64,000 bases of DNA from Flaccisagitta enflata (taxonomy: Eukaryota). Made by a program: the position numbers and the translations under genes. Position 1 is the stretch's first letter. The number at the start of each line of letters is the position of its first letter. A model generated the notes under the pieces. The model was not told the origin of the DNA. It saw nothing but the letters and a program-made list of their open reading frames with translations, and did no database searches. The stretch spans positions 5,146,001 to 5,210,000 of the forward strand of contig OZ231126.1 of assembly GCA_965153355.1 (NCBI GenBank), given 5' to 3'. Positions 27,761-41,216 of this stretch are shown piece by piece.

Positions 27761-28020
27761 TCATCCTAGCATATATCTGAATCATTTCCAATGATTTTTG
27801 CTGCTTTTTGAGATTTTCAACTCGAGCGTGACGTGACCGACCGACCAACCGACCAACCAACAGACAGAGCCTCTTATAGAGGTGCTATGGCGCACCTAAA
27901 AAGGGGATTGTTTTTTTGTTTTTTTTTTGGGGGGGGGGGGCACTCATTGGAGAAAGTATGGTGTGTCGAAAATTTTAGGAAGAGAATTTGTGCTCCGAAG
28001 GTTAGAATAATCTCTATGTC

Positions 28021-28095
<75 letters not shown>

Positions 28096-28156
28096 CGTTG
28101 TTGTTGTTGTTGATGTTGTTGTGGTTGTTGTTGATGTTGTTGTGGTTGTTGTTGTT

Positions 28157-28228
<72 letters not shown>
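28021..28228. repeat. (TTG)n microsatellite
   Basis: Direct reading. Confidence 0.95.
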
Positions 28229-28229
<1 letters not shown>

Positions 28230-28374
28230 TCAATCCTACCGCCAAACTTGAGACCCTGCCAACAAAGAAAAAATAACCACAAATTTGCCCTCTGGTTTCT
28301 TCAATGCCGAGAAAAAAAACTGAAGAGAGAGTTTTTTTAATTTTCGATACTACTAGAGAGTTACGTGAAAGAAA

Positions 28375-28438
<64 letters not shown>

Positions 28439-31400
28439 TCCTCACCTATCTTTCCTGTTTCTCTGGGTGAGATTTTTGAGGCGCGACACCTACAGTCGGG
28501 TTCTGAGGCTGCCATCTGCACGCCTGTTACTCTCTTTTTAGGTGCGCCAACGCAACTCTGTATGAGGCTCTGTCCGTTCGTCCGTGTGTTGGTCAGTGGG
28601 TCGGTCAGTCACGCCTCACTGAAAAAATCGCAGAAATTGGCATAAATCACTTTATTACTCAATAGTCAATTCATTCGTTTTTAGTTGCGGACACGCAACT
28701 CTATAAGAGGCTTTGTCCGTCCGTCCGTCCGTCCGTCCGTCCGTCCGTCCGTCCGTCCATCCGTCCGTCCGTCCGTCCGTCCGTCCGTCGCTCCGTCCAT
28801 CACTCTCGAGTTGAAAGCGCGAGAAACGCGCATTTACGATGCTGCAGTTGTCATTGAATGTGTGTGGGTGTATGTTATGCTTAGAAGCCATCGACCAAAG
28901 TCAAAGCACCGCTCATCGCAGTATGCTAGAATGTGTATCTGCGTGGCAGAAGTCTAGGTAAAAAGTTTTATGATGGTCAGAAACCTCAAACCATCAGCAG
29001 CGAGCATATTTGTGATAAAAATTGAAGTAAACACCAACTCCTTTACATTTGGTTAACTCTCCTTGCATTTTTCATCTTTTTATCACTCTTAACGTTTCAG
29101 CTTTTTTGGTTTTTAATTGCGCCAACATTAAAGTCTGTGTGAAAAATCACTGAAATTGTCCAAAATCACTCGAAATTTCTCAAGACTAGATGCATAAACC
29201 ATTTTTCATCTCATTCATTCATTCATTCATTCATTCATTCATTCATTCATTCATTCAGAGAAATAAGAACGAAAAATTATCATTCATTCATTCATCATTT
29301 GTTTCACAACATTAGCATTCGAACACTCATTCATTACATTCCTCGTTCATTGTTATTTCATTCATGCATTCATTTTATTCATTCATTCATTTCATTCAGT
29401 CATTACATTTAATGAAACATTCATCATATTCATTTTATTCATTCATTCATTTATTCATTCATACATTCATTCTTCATTTTAGTCTCAAAAAGGATAGAAT
29501 ACTTCTTATGGACCTCATGATAGGGCTGTAGATGAATCTATAGATGAGACAAATGGGCAGGGGCATAATCCTATTCCACCCCCCCCCCCGCACACATATG
29601 TGGCAACCCAAGTGTGTATTTTCACTTTTTAGTTGTGGACACGCAACCGTTTAAGAGGTCCGTTGGTCCGTCACGCTCAAGTCGAAAATGAAAAAAAAAC
29701 ATGCGCATTTATGATACTGCAGTTCTTATTGTGTGTGTGTGGGTGTATGAGTGCGTGGCAGGAGTGGGTGGGGCTGGGGTAAGGCTGAGGGTAGATTAAG
29801 TATGAATGAATGAACGTTTTTTATAAATGGATGTCTTTAATGAATGAATGAATGAATGGATGATCGACTAAATGAAAATAAGAGGTATCAGGAATGAAGA
29901 AAGACATTGAAATCGTCTGTTTTGCGCAATCTTAATGTTTACGTGACGGACAGACCAACCGACCAACAGAAAGGCATGACCTCTTATATATGTGTTAGGA
30001 CGCAAAAAAAGTGCACAATGTCAAGTTTGAGTTATAGGACTTTACCGACTGGAAATGTGAGTCAAGGAGGGAGTGAAAGTCGCAAAAGCATTGGATGGCC
30101 AATGGTTCCAAATGCCACTATGTTAATGAATGTCAGAATGAATTGGTGAATGGGAAGTGGCCCCTGGTACTGGAGAAACTAATGACCTATGCTTCAGCTC
30201 ATGAGGTATTGTGATGAATCTTTCCGCCTTTGGGGTTGAGATAAAAATTTCTGGGCTACAGTTTGAGACAAGAGACTAGCGTTGGGTCAAGAAGCTGGGA
30301 TTTTGGCTATAACGTTGGGAATTGAGCCTCATGGCTGTGATCTGGGCCTCCAGTCTTAGATTTGAGACTTGAAGTTCGGGCCTGGGGCTCAAGGCCAGGG
30401 GACTTGGGCCTCAAGGCTAGAAATTTCATCTCAGGGCTGGGATTTGTGCCTTGAGGCTGTAATTGAGGCTTTTGGGTGGGAACTTGGGCTTTAGGGCTGG
30501 AATGTGTAGACGTAATCATAAGGTTTAGGATTTTAGTCCCAGGGTTAGGATATAGGAGGAGGAGGAGGAGGAGGAGGACGAGAAATTGTATATGTTTAAG
30601 CAAAAATCGTCAGCCCCTTTTTGGGCCGCTGCCCAACAGGACTGATGAAATCATTTGAGTTGTTGTGATGAGTTGGAAACTTTGCAGTTAACAGACAGCA
30701 GCAGACACATTCATGTATCAAGACAGATGTTAAGACATGACTTACTATGTGGTCGCAACTATCTTGAAAGGGCAACAACCCTAAGAAACATCTTTTAAGA
30801 ATATAGTAACGACTACATTTGGTAGTCCTGAGCTCATTTTTTCTCTGCTTGACCCAGATATAAGCTATATCTTTGGGACTGTTTCAAGGTAAAACCCTAT
30901 TTTTAGTTGCGGACACGCAACTCAATGAGAGGCTTTGTCCGTCTATTGGTCTGACGGTCCATCTGACTGTTGGTCCATCAGTCTATAATGTTGATCCGTT
31001 GGTCCATAATGCAAGTCAAAAGGTTGAAATATGAGCTTTTTAGATGCTTTTTGGGTGCTTGTTGGCTGGAGGGGGGCGCAGGGTGGGGATGGGGTTTGGT
31101 TGCCCCTGCCCACAACGGCATTGTGAGCTCGCGGCACTTGTTTACTGCTTTGAAGAATTTCATGACTGCAATTAGCAAGAAATGACAAGGGAGAATGTGT
31201 TCTCCTCATTTTTTACCTAAACGAGCCCGCTGCCGATGGTTTTTGGTCACTGAGGGTCATGAAACTTGGCATCTTGTTTTTATTAACGTATATCAACATG
31301 CGCACATGCTGCAATCAGGGGTCTGTAAACTTTGGTCAATTCCTGCTAAGCGTTAGTGTATGTTAGTGTATGGGAAGGGAGTTGGTGTGTTGGTGTGAGG

Positions 31401-31894
31401 CTGGGGGTTAGCTGCCCCTGCCCACCCGTTCGCAACGATATTGTGACCCCGCGTCACTTGTTCATCCCGTTTTCCATTGTGTTTAGTAGCACAGTAAGCT
31501 TTTGATGAGTGTCAGAGCTGAGGATAGGTTTCATAGAGCTTTTTAATAGTTATAGATTTTAAGACAGGGTTGCGGGCATAGAGGTGAGGACATAGAGGCT
31601 CTGATAATAAACAAAGCAAGGGGCATCATCATGCATCTTGGCCCGTGTATCCGTCCTTGTTTCATCTCGGTGTTCCTTGACTTCTCTCTCCCTCCGGACA
31701 AGAAACCCTAAGAGAGACTATGTTCGTCGATCTGTCGGTTCGTGGATCAGTCGGTGATAATTAAGTCCACGGGTTTAAAACGCTATTGATACCCCGGGTT
31801 ACTTTTCTTTCTCTTTTTAATACCATTTTCTTTCCCTTTCCTTTTCCCTCTTCTCTCTCCATTTCTCTTTGTCTCTCTCTCGCTCTTTTTTTTT

Positions 31895-31930
<36 letters not shown>

Positions 31931-31931
31931 T

Positions 31932-31981
<50 letters not shown>

Positions 31982-33373
31982 ATCCTTCCATTCTCATCTC
32001 ATTTAGTCACGATAAAGAAGAAATTGAAGATGGCGGTGAGCTAAGGAGGATGAGGAGGAGGATGAGGAGGAGGAGGAGGAAGAGGAAGAGGCGGTCAAGC
32101 TTCTTTTTTTTTTTTTGGTTGACCGGATCAGACTGCTGAGGGGCCGTTGAGATGAGGAGAGGGGGGAGAAAGTTAGGGAGGGGGGCAGGGGGCGTACCTG
32201 AGGGCGGCTCACTTTGAGGGAAGACGGAGTGAAAAGCCATGACCTTGATCTCTGCCTCGAGTTTTTTCTTTCTTTTTTTGGTTCCAATGCGGCATGGGTA
32301 CAAGACCTATCCACACCTGTCCATCATACGCCCGTCCGTCCATCCCTCCGTCCCTCCGCCGTCTGTCCGTCCCGCCGTCCGCATGTCGCGTCCTTCCAAT
32401 AACCTCGCGAATGTCGTGATGAGTTGCCCTAATTACAATCTGATAGGGCTTTATAGATGCAGTCTCTCATCTCTTTAAAATAATTAAGATTTAAGCCTAA
32501 ATTAAGGCTTAGGACGCAGTGCATGGGAAGAAGAAATTTCCAGCGTCATCACAATTTTTTAAATATTTTTTGTAATAGTTTTCTTTAAGAATTTTTTATG
32601 AAAAAAAATTCATTCAGTGTTGAATTATAGATTTTTGCATAAATGATCTCTGAAACACAGATTTGATGTACATGATATATTGAGAAAAGATAGAAAAAAG
32701 AAGATTTTTTACAGAAAATTATATTTTGTCATCTCACTCCTGTTGGGTGAAATTATATCATTGCAGGGAAATAAAGAAATTTGCATTTCCAAAAACATGG
32801 CCTCATTCTGAAAACATATAAGAAAAGGGCCATGTTCTTAGAAATGCAAAATTGTCTTCACTAAGGCCGTAATATAATTTCACCAAACAATGTTCTGAAA
32901 ATTTGTTCACCATTTTTCTAAAGAATTCAAATATTTAATTGTTAATTCTGATCGTTATGAAACCATAGTGAGTATTCTGAGTTGAAAAACATTGTTAAAA
33001 CACCTTATACATTATATCAAAAATACTGAATTGAAATATCGATAACATTTTCTAGTGGTAAATCTATATCACAAGCAAAAAGTAAAATGAAACCAAAATT
33101 TCCTGTTCCAGTACACCATGACGTAGTCACTCCTTGTAAGAAGCTGCGTCATTAGATTTCAGCGCATCTCCACGCATTCCTACCATCGGGCATTTTCTCC
33201 GTCCGTCCGCCCGTTCAGCCATCGCGCATGCACCGCGTTCTTCCAATCCCCCCCTCATTCTCGCTACGATCTCATTTCCTGGCTTCACTCTTCACTTCGG
33301 TCACTGGTCAGTAGTCACTGACCCACACGACACCTCGCCTCTGTCTCATCATTGCTGTCTCGAATATTCACTA

Positions 33374-33951
33374 CAGTATGTTTATTCTCAAACGAAACAA
33401 AAAATGACGGCATAAATCCAAGACTAATAAAGGTAATCAAATTCTGCAAAAAGTACCTGAAAGAGTATGTTCTGGCATTTATTTGTGCAAAATCTTAGCC
33501 TTTGGGGTCAAATAGTTTAGCTTGAATCTGAATTTGAAGAAAAAAGATGAATTGTTATGAGTTACTTTTTTCTACTGGAGACAAAGGATGAAATTTTGCA
33601 ATTTTGCGATTTTTTCAACAAAAATGGTAATTGTTTATCTTAAATGGCAATGCATATGGTATCTTTTATAGCAGATAAGATTTTTCCTGCTATCTGGTTT
33701 AATTTAACTAAAAAATGTCAAAAAAAATTTTTTATGGACTGAAATTAGAAGAACATTAAGTGATATTGTGATTTTTACAATTTTGCTTTAAATGCGGATT
33801 GAAGCTAGACTAATTGAAATTTAAGGCTAAAATTTAGTACAAACAATTGCCAAAACATACTCTTTTAGGAACTCTTTTTGGAATTTGATTATCTCAATTT
33901 GTTTTGGATTTATGTCGTCATCTTTCGTTTCATTTGAGAATAAACATACTG
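33374..33951. mobile_element. Tc1/mariner-type fold-back MITE, TA TSD
   Basis: TA-CAGTATGTTTATTCTCAAA ... TTTGAGAATAAACATACTG-TA with long inverted arms. Confidence 0.85.
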
Positions 33952-33962
33952 TATCTGTCAAT

Positions 33963-34019
<57 letters not shown>

Positions 34020-34039
34020 TCTCTCTCTCTTTCTCTTTC

Positions 34040-34070
<31 letters not shown>

Positions 34071-34172
34071 GGCTGTCTGTCTGTCTGTCTGTCTGGCTGT
34101 CTGGCTGTATCTTTATCTTTCTGTCAATTGTTTTTCTCTTTCTCTTTCTCTCTTTCTCTTTTTCTCTCTTTC

Positions 34173-34240
<68 letters not shown>

Positions 34241-34384
34241 CTCTCTCTCGGTCCTGTTTAGCAAAACCCCGAGGGTCTCTCCGCCACGCCGCTCTTCTAG
34301 GTCGGTCGACTACCCGATCGCTGCCGGTGTATTCTTCGGCTTATACGCGCCAGTGTGAACTGCCGGTGTGTGCACTGCCGGGGA

Positions 34385-34898
34385 CGGGTGTGTCAATATG
34401 CAAAAGGTTTTTTGATAAGACCATCAACATCAAACAGCATAAGATATCAAATTCTAAGATCTTTAGTGTTTTTATTTTATCAAATTTCATTCATCTTCCA
34501 TTTTTTTCAAAACCCCTTTTTAGACGCTAATTTGTTTATTGCTGTATTGATGATTTTCTATCAATATCATTGTTACTGAACTTAATCAGATTCAACACAT
34601 AACTATCTTGATGCTAATTTAAGTTGCAACAAAGTAATGGTTGTTTATTTATCACCAAAGTTGTATAAAGAGACAATAACCAATCTTTTCTGTAGAAGTT
34701 ATGAGTCTTATTTTCACCAAAACTCAGTGCAGATGCTGGAAATATATATATTTTTGACAATCTTTTCCTGCGCTAAAAAAACGGAAGATGATGGAAATTT
34801 GAAAAAATAAAAAATGCTAAAAGTTTTAGAATATTTTTGTTTACACTCCCTGATGTTGATGATCTAATCAAACATACTTTTGCATATTGACACACCCG
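34385..34898. mobile_element. TIR element with a 9-10-bp flanking direct repeat; solo arm at ~44345-44511
   Basis: CGGGTGTGTCAATATGCAAAAG ... CTTTTGCATATTGACACACCCG; ACTGCCGGGG on both sides. Confidence 0.75.
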
Positions 34899-35059
34899 AC
34901 TGCCGGGGTGTGCTTTGCCGGTGACTGCCGCCGGTGAGGTAGGCCGTTTTGCAGCCAATGCCGCGGTCGAGGCTGGACAAAGTAATCTACCTTTTCATGC
35001 CTCTCGTAAATCGGCAGAGTGAAGGAGCAAAAAGGGCGGAGTGAGAGTCTATGTGTGTA

Positions 35060-35060
<1 letters not shown>

Positions 35061-35142
<82 letters not shown>

Positions 35143-35143
35143 C

Positions 35144-35205
<62 letters not shown>

Positions 35206-35318
35206 CCATGTATATTTATACTACGCTTTGTCGTAGTTTGTTTGTTGTTGTTGTTATTGTTGTTGTTGTCGTTGTCGTTGTTGTTGTTGTAATAGTTGTT
35301 GTTAATGTTGTTGTTGTT

Positions 35319-35368
<50 letters not shown>

Positions 35369-35390
35369 GGTTGTTGTTGTGGTTGTTGTT
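35061..35390. repeat. (TG)n and (TTG)n microsatellites
   Basis: Direct reading. Confidence 0.95.
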
Positions 35391-35998
35391 GAAAAGTTTT
35401 CGGCTTCATTTACGAGGAGAGACTTTTTATAGATTTTTATCATGGAGTTGGTTGGGAGGGTTGGGTGGTCCCTGATCCTGACATACTTTCATTCTTTCAT
35501 CATACGAGTCACTGCCCTGTGGATTTCTTCGCTTTTTTTCACCTTTTTATTCCGTTCGCTTGTTTGCTTGTTTGTTTGTTTGTTTCTCCGTTTGTTCGTT
35601 TCTTTCTTTCTTCTTTCTCTCTTTCTTTCCTTCTCCTTTCTCTTCTTCTCTCCTTCTTTCTTTCCTGCCTTCCTCTCTGTTTACTCGTGGATTCTCGAAT
35701 CTTATAATCCTAGACACCTCCTCATTGAAAGATGCAATTTTGCAATTTTGAGAAAAAAAGGGAAAGATTGTTTTGTTTTTTTTTTTTTTGTTTTTTTTTT
35801 TTCAATCACCGCACATATTGTTGCACATATCATAGTCTTCTTCACTCCAGCGATCTGTTGGTTGGTCGGCCTGTTGGTAGGTCTGTTGCCTGTTGGTCAG
35901 CATTTACGGGCGGTGTTTGCATTAATGCTCCTGCCCAAATTTGGCTTAATCATACTTGGTGACGTTTCATATGGGTCAGCTAACTACAATGATATTTA

Positions 35999-36081
<83 letters not shown>

Positions 36082-36903
36082 CTAACAGTAACAATAACAA
36101 CAACAACGACGACGACGACGACAAACATTATTATTGCCGGAGGCCGAGGAGAAAAGCTCATTTGTTTAGGAGATGTCAACGACAAAGCCACTAACGCCCA
36201 TAAAAATTAACTATTAAGACAGAAGAACAGCGCAGTAGAAAAACGCCTTACCTGAAATAAAAGGGGAAAAAAGTAATGGGAAAATTTTAGGACATAATTA
36301 GGACAATTCGAGGCATTACAGGACATCTTTTAAGGAAAAGACTGCAACAAAATGAGCGAGAAAGCGTTAAAAACAGCGAGACAACATGCACGTCCAACAA
36401 ATGTAGTGGAGCCGTGTCTGAGATAAGAGAGGAGGTAAGAGAGGAAAAAAAAACTCAATTGGGGATTTCTCAATAGAAAAAAAAACATTCTGGAAATCAA
36501 GCCTAAATTAAGGGCGCCACCCCTGCCTCCGCCTCATATCATTGGAATAGGATAAAAGAATATGGGACCCTTACGTTTTTTATGTGAATAGATATGTTAC
36601 TCCTAAAACCAGACATTTGAGTATTTTTTCCGTCCATCGTTACCATTAGGCTGTGATTAGTTATCACTTATATGTTATAGTTTTGTAGGTATTTTCTAAA
36701 GATCTGTGATATTTTATATTTTCCTCTTGATTGTTAAAGATCCCGCTTTTTGGTCATTATTTGTTTTGCATATTTTGAAAATGTCTTTTGTCTCCTTTTC
36801 TCAACAGCCTAAATTAAGGACACATCGCGCTACCACAAAAAAAAAAAAAAAAAAAAACGAAATGCCTAGGACCGGTTAAACCGATCACCTAAGCGCCAAG
36901 ACG

Positions 36904-39900
36904 ATGTTCCTTAAAACCCGTTTTTTTCGACTTCGATTGCGCCAGTGCGCGTTCGTAGTATCGACATGTTCGTTACTCGCGTGGCTCGCTTATTATGCGT
37001 TGACGTCGGGCGATTCTTGTCGCGGACGGGACGTTCAGCGCCAATTGTGCCAAGTGTACGGTCGCGGGCAAGTGGCCGGCAAATATTGTCAGCATCTTTG
37101 CGTGAAGAAGACAATTCGACTTTCTTCGTGCGATTCGTCGTCCGCAGCGTCTTCCGATGACCAACTTATCTTCCCCGCAGGTTTTTTGAACTGATTGATG
37201 AAAGATGAAGTCATGAATATAATTTGGGCTGACAATTGATACAGTTTGACTAGATTTAACAGGCAATTGACTGACAATTAAATGACAATTGATTGACAAT
37301 TTACTGACAATTGATTGACGGAAAATTGATGGTCAAATGATGGTAAATTGATGGTCAATTGATAGTCAATTGATGATCAGATTACGTTTATTAAAATGAA
37401 AATTGAAAGTTGCGTGATAATTTAAAGAGATGGATAAACTACAGGAGACATTTGGATGATTCCATGACAAATTGACAAACATACAAAAATGAAACTATGC
37501 ACAGACGCTCCAAAAGCCTTATGGTCAATAAAATAGGCATAAAGGACGATTGATCTCCTGCTCATCCTTTTCCTCCTCTTCATCATCCCTATCCTCTGCC
37601 TCCTCATCCCCCCTCCCTTTTCCTTCTCAAACTCTTTCCTTTTCCTCTTAACCCTTCTCCGCTTTATCTCTTCTTCCTCAACCCCTTCTTCTCCTCAACC
37701 CCTCTCCTCTTCCTCTCCTCTCTCCTCTTCTTCCTTTCCCCCTGTTCCACCTCACCCTTTCTTCTTCCTCCCCAACCCCTCTCCTCTTCCTCTCTTTCTC
37801 CTCACCCCCTTCCCTCTTCCTCCTCATCCCTTCTTCCTCCTCATCCCTTTCTTTCTTCCTCACCCATCCCCTTCTTCCTAATTCCCTCTTCCTCCTCAAC
37901 CCCTTTTCCTCCTCACCCCCTTCTTCCTCCTCACCCCCTTCTTCCGCCTCACCCCCTTCTTCCTCCACAGTGCTTCCTCCTAAGAAAGGCCATTCATCGC
38001 CTTCCGATTTCGTGACTGTGAAGTTGCCGTCATCTCATCGATACTCGCCTTCGCTCAATCTCTCCGCCGTCGCCTACTCGCGGCCCGTCAAGGGGTACGC
38101 CATGTCCGCCTTCAAGCAGATGATCCTAAATTACCTCGTCAACAAACTCGGAGGAGGCCGGAAGTCGTCGTCGTCATCCTCGTCGTCGTCGTCGTCGACA
38201 ATCGCGACGAATTTAGCGACGCTTCGCGGTGAGTGTCATCATTGTCATGTCCGTGTCATCATTGTCATGTCCGTGTCATCATTGTCATGTCCTTGTCTGA
38301 TTGATATCAAGTGGATGAGGGTGAACGTGTTTGGGAGCTCCGGCTTACTACGTACTTGACACTTGTCGACGGAGTCTCATTTACATGGCCCCGGGACCGT
38401 ATTGAATCACCCACAGTCTCCCACATATCTCCATCCCTCCCTTCCCTTCCGACCCATCATCCTCTTCCCCCCCCTCCCCCCTTCAAAGGTTTGCCAATTC
38501 TGAACCATTGATGACTCTGGGTTGAAATTGAAAACTAGTTTGTCAATGCTACAGAGTGATACCTCATAAGACCCTGTTCCTGTGGATATTTTGGCATAAG
38601 CTGTGGTTATGTTTGCTAACCTTTTTATACAGTTTTCGTGATCTTCACGTTGTATTGCGCGTGGAAGTTTATTGTATTCCCTCCCTAGCTGCACATCTAC
38701 TCTACTACTAGTAGTAAGGGGAATCCAAAATTTTGTACCTTGTCAAATATGATTTTCATAGCGGAATCTCTCCATAAGCTATGTATTATGCAATTTGTAA
38801 AAGAAAATACAAGCCAGGGTCAATTTTTGTACATACTAGACTATTATGTTTTAACGATAACTGTTTAGAAATTATCGTTTGCCGCACTATCAGCTTTACA
38901 GCAGATGAAAACAGACGCTACAATTTTATGCTTAATCTCCCCATAAACATAGGATGATTATACTAAGTTAGTATCGGAGAAAATCTTTAACAAAAACAGT
39001 TTCAGACAGCACATAGCCTGATCTACAAAATATATCTGAAACTCGAGGGGACCTCGATTATAAACAGCAGTTCTATGGTATCAAAGTTCTGATCATGTTA
39101 TAACATTCCTATGGTTCAAATGTATGGATTTTTTCCAGATTTTTTTCTGCTCTTAGCCGTCTGTGCCCTCGAAAAACATGTTTATAAGTGTTTTTGGACA
39201 TAAACTCACTTATATCATTAAAAGAAAACAACAATTTGTTGATATGTAGCTTATGCTCCACGCAGAAAAAAACGCAAAAGCTGACTTAAGGTTTTGAGCG
39301 CTTTGACAGAGCCCAGGTTCGCTTCCTACTACTACCTGTAATTCACCCCCTTTCCTCCTTCCCTACGCCTCAGACCGGCTTTTGGACTTTGCCGACGCGG
39401 ACAAAGACGGGAAAATCGTTTTAGCCGAAGCCAGGACAATTTGGGCTTTGTTGCAGAGCCACGATTTCTTCGTGACTTGGCTGTTTCAAGACTCGGACCA
39501 AATCCCGAGACTACGCGGATTTTGCGGCGCGGCCTTTGTCGTCGATACCGTCCCAGTGAAAAGACTCTTTCAGAAAAGTAGGGTATCCTCATCTTCGTCG
39601 TCATCGTCTTCCTCTTCTTCCTCTCTCGCCGATCGCCATGATAGTCGATCTCATTCATCTTCCTCTTCCTCCTCATCCTCGTTCTTCTCCATTTCCTCTC
39701 CTCTCGATCTCCTCTTCCCCCAACGTCATCTTTGGGGCCTTCCTGCGTGGCCTGATCGCGCTAAAATCGGCGTCGGCGTTCTCGAGTTTATCGCCCACAT
39801 ACACGCCCACGATTACGCGGGATCGTTTTTCCTGTGTGGCGCGGATGAGACGAATATCGGATACTCGGTCAAACACGACGCCAGATTTAGGGATTTAGCC

Positions 39901-40778
39901 AACGTCGTGTCCAAAGAAATGCTCACCAAGCAGTTGACGGTTTGTATAATTATATATGCGGGTTCTTGCTTTCTTTCTTGGTTTCTCTCTTGCATGCTTT
40001 CTTGCTCTCATTCTTTCTATCTCTTTCGTTCTTTCTTTCTTTTTTTCTTTCTTCCTTTCTTCCTCTCTTTCTTTCTCTCATTCTTTCTTTCTCTCATCTT
40101 TTCAATCTCTTCCGTTCTTTCTTTCTTTCTTTCTTTCTTGCTTCCACTCTGTCTTGCTTTCACTCTGTCTTGCTTTCACTCTGTCTTGCTTTCACTCTGT
40201 CTTGCTTTCACTCCTTGTTTGCTTCACTCTTTATCGCTTTCACTCTTTCTTTCTCTTCATATCTTTTCATCTTTTCTCTTTCTTTCAAGTGGTGTGAAAA
40301 TTACCTTGACACGGAATTGCTGACTGTTAGTGGCGAGGACCGGACTTTAATTTATATTTAGCCTTTTAGTGGTTCTAAAGATACTACTTTCCCTCGGCTA
40401 ATATGTGCGATACAATTAGGCTATCCATCGCATAATTTGCGATGACATTTTCCATTCCTTCCCTCTCAGGAGCGTAGTTGCGTGGCATCGTCCGAGTGTC
40501 GATTCATGTCCGACCATTGCACGACCATGTGCGACGAGAACGCCCGCAGATGCACGGGTGAGTTGGCCAGGCCCAATCTGCATCTGGGATGCCGCATCTT
40601 GAAGGACTACTTGCTGTACGACGCGCCGTTGGACTTGGAGGCGGAGTTGCGGCGGTTGTTCAGTCGTTGCGAGGTGTTGGAGGCTCGAAGCGACGCCGTC
40701 GACATCAGACCAACTCTGTTGCTTAATGAAATGAAAAGCCTTTTGTGGAAAAGGATCAGCAACAACGTGAATGTGTGA
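36904..40778 (+). CDS. FAM69: FAM69/DIPK1-family divergent kinase-domain type II membrane protein; join(36904..37180,37971..38228,39374..39939,40470..40778), 469 aa
   Basis: N-terminal TM then LCQVYGRGQVAGKYCQHLC; EF-hand DADKDGKIVLAEARTIWALLQ; RLRGFCG; PAWPDRAKIGVGVLEF; Cys-rich C-terminus ending LLWKRISN; three GT-AG introns join in phase (1,1,0). Confidence 0.88.
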
Positions 40779-41025
40779 ATCGTCATAAGTCATCATCAAT
40801 ACCATAGTTATCATTACGCAAAAACGTCGAAAATACTAGGCGCTGCTCTATTCCGGCCTGATCGTGATGGAAGAGCTCTCCCTGCGAGAGAGAAAAAAAA
40901 CACATCCACGGACCACACGCGTCCTCACTCGTTAGGTCAACATGTGTGCAATTTGTGCGCTATTCATTCTTCGTCGCGACTGAGACCCTTTGAACAGCTC
41001 ATCAGTGGAAGAAATCCAGAGGAAA

Positions 41026-41216
41026 AACATGGCCGGATACACGGCCATCAGTTGCGGACGGGTGGGCAGGGGCGGAAATGCAACTGTCCGCAATTAAAAA
41101 TGTTCTAAAACGCGAATTTCCTCACTTTTCGACTCGTGTCCACGGACCGACCGACCAACGGACCGACCGACGGACGGACAAAGCCGCTTATAGAGTTGCG
41201 TGTCCGCAACTAAAAA
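41026..41216 (-). mobile_element. HINE-like copy
   Basis: GGCCGGATACACGGCC ... AGAGTTGCGTGTCCGCAACTAAAAA. Confidence 0.65.

Noticed and set aside
38709-39333. Possible TIR element (TAGTAGTAAG / CCTACTACTA)
   Set aside because: Match is short and low-complexity; no TSD or second copy seen.
39940-40323. Hydrophobic C-terminal extension of the 313-aa ORF
   Set aside because: Read-through into a pyrimidine-rich intron; FAM69 homology resumes at 40470.
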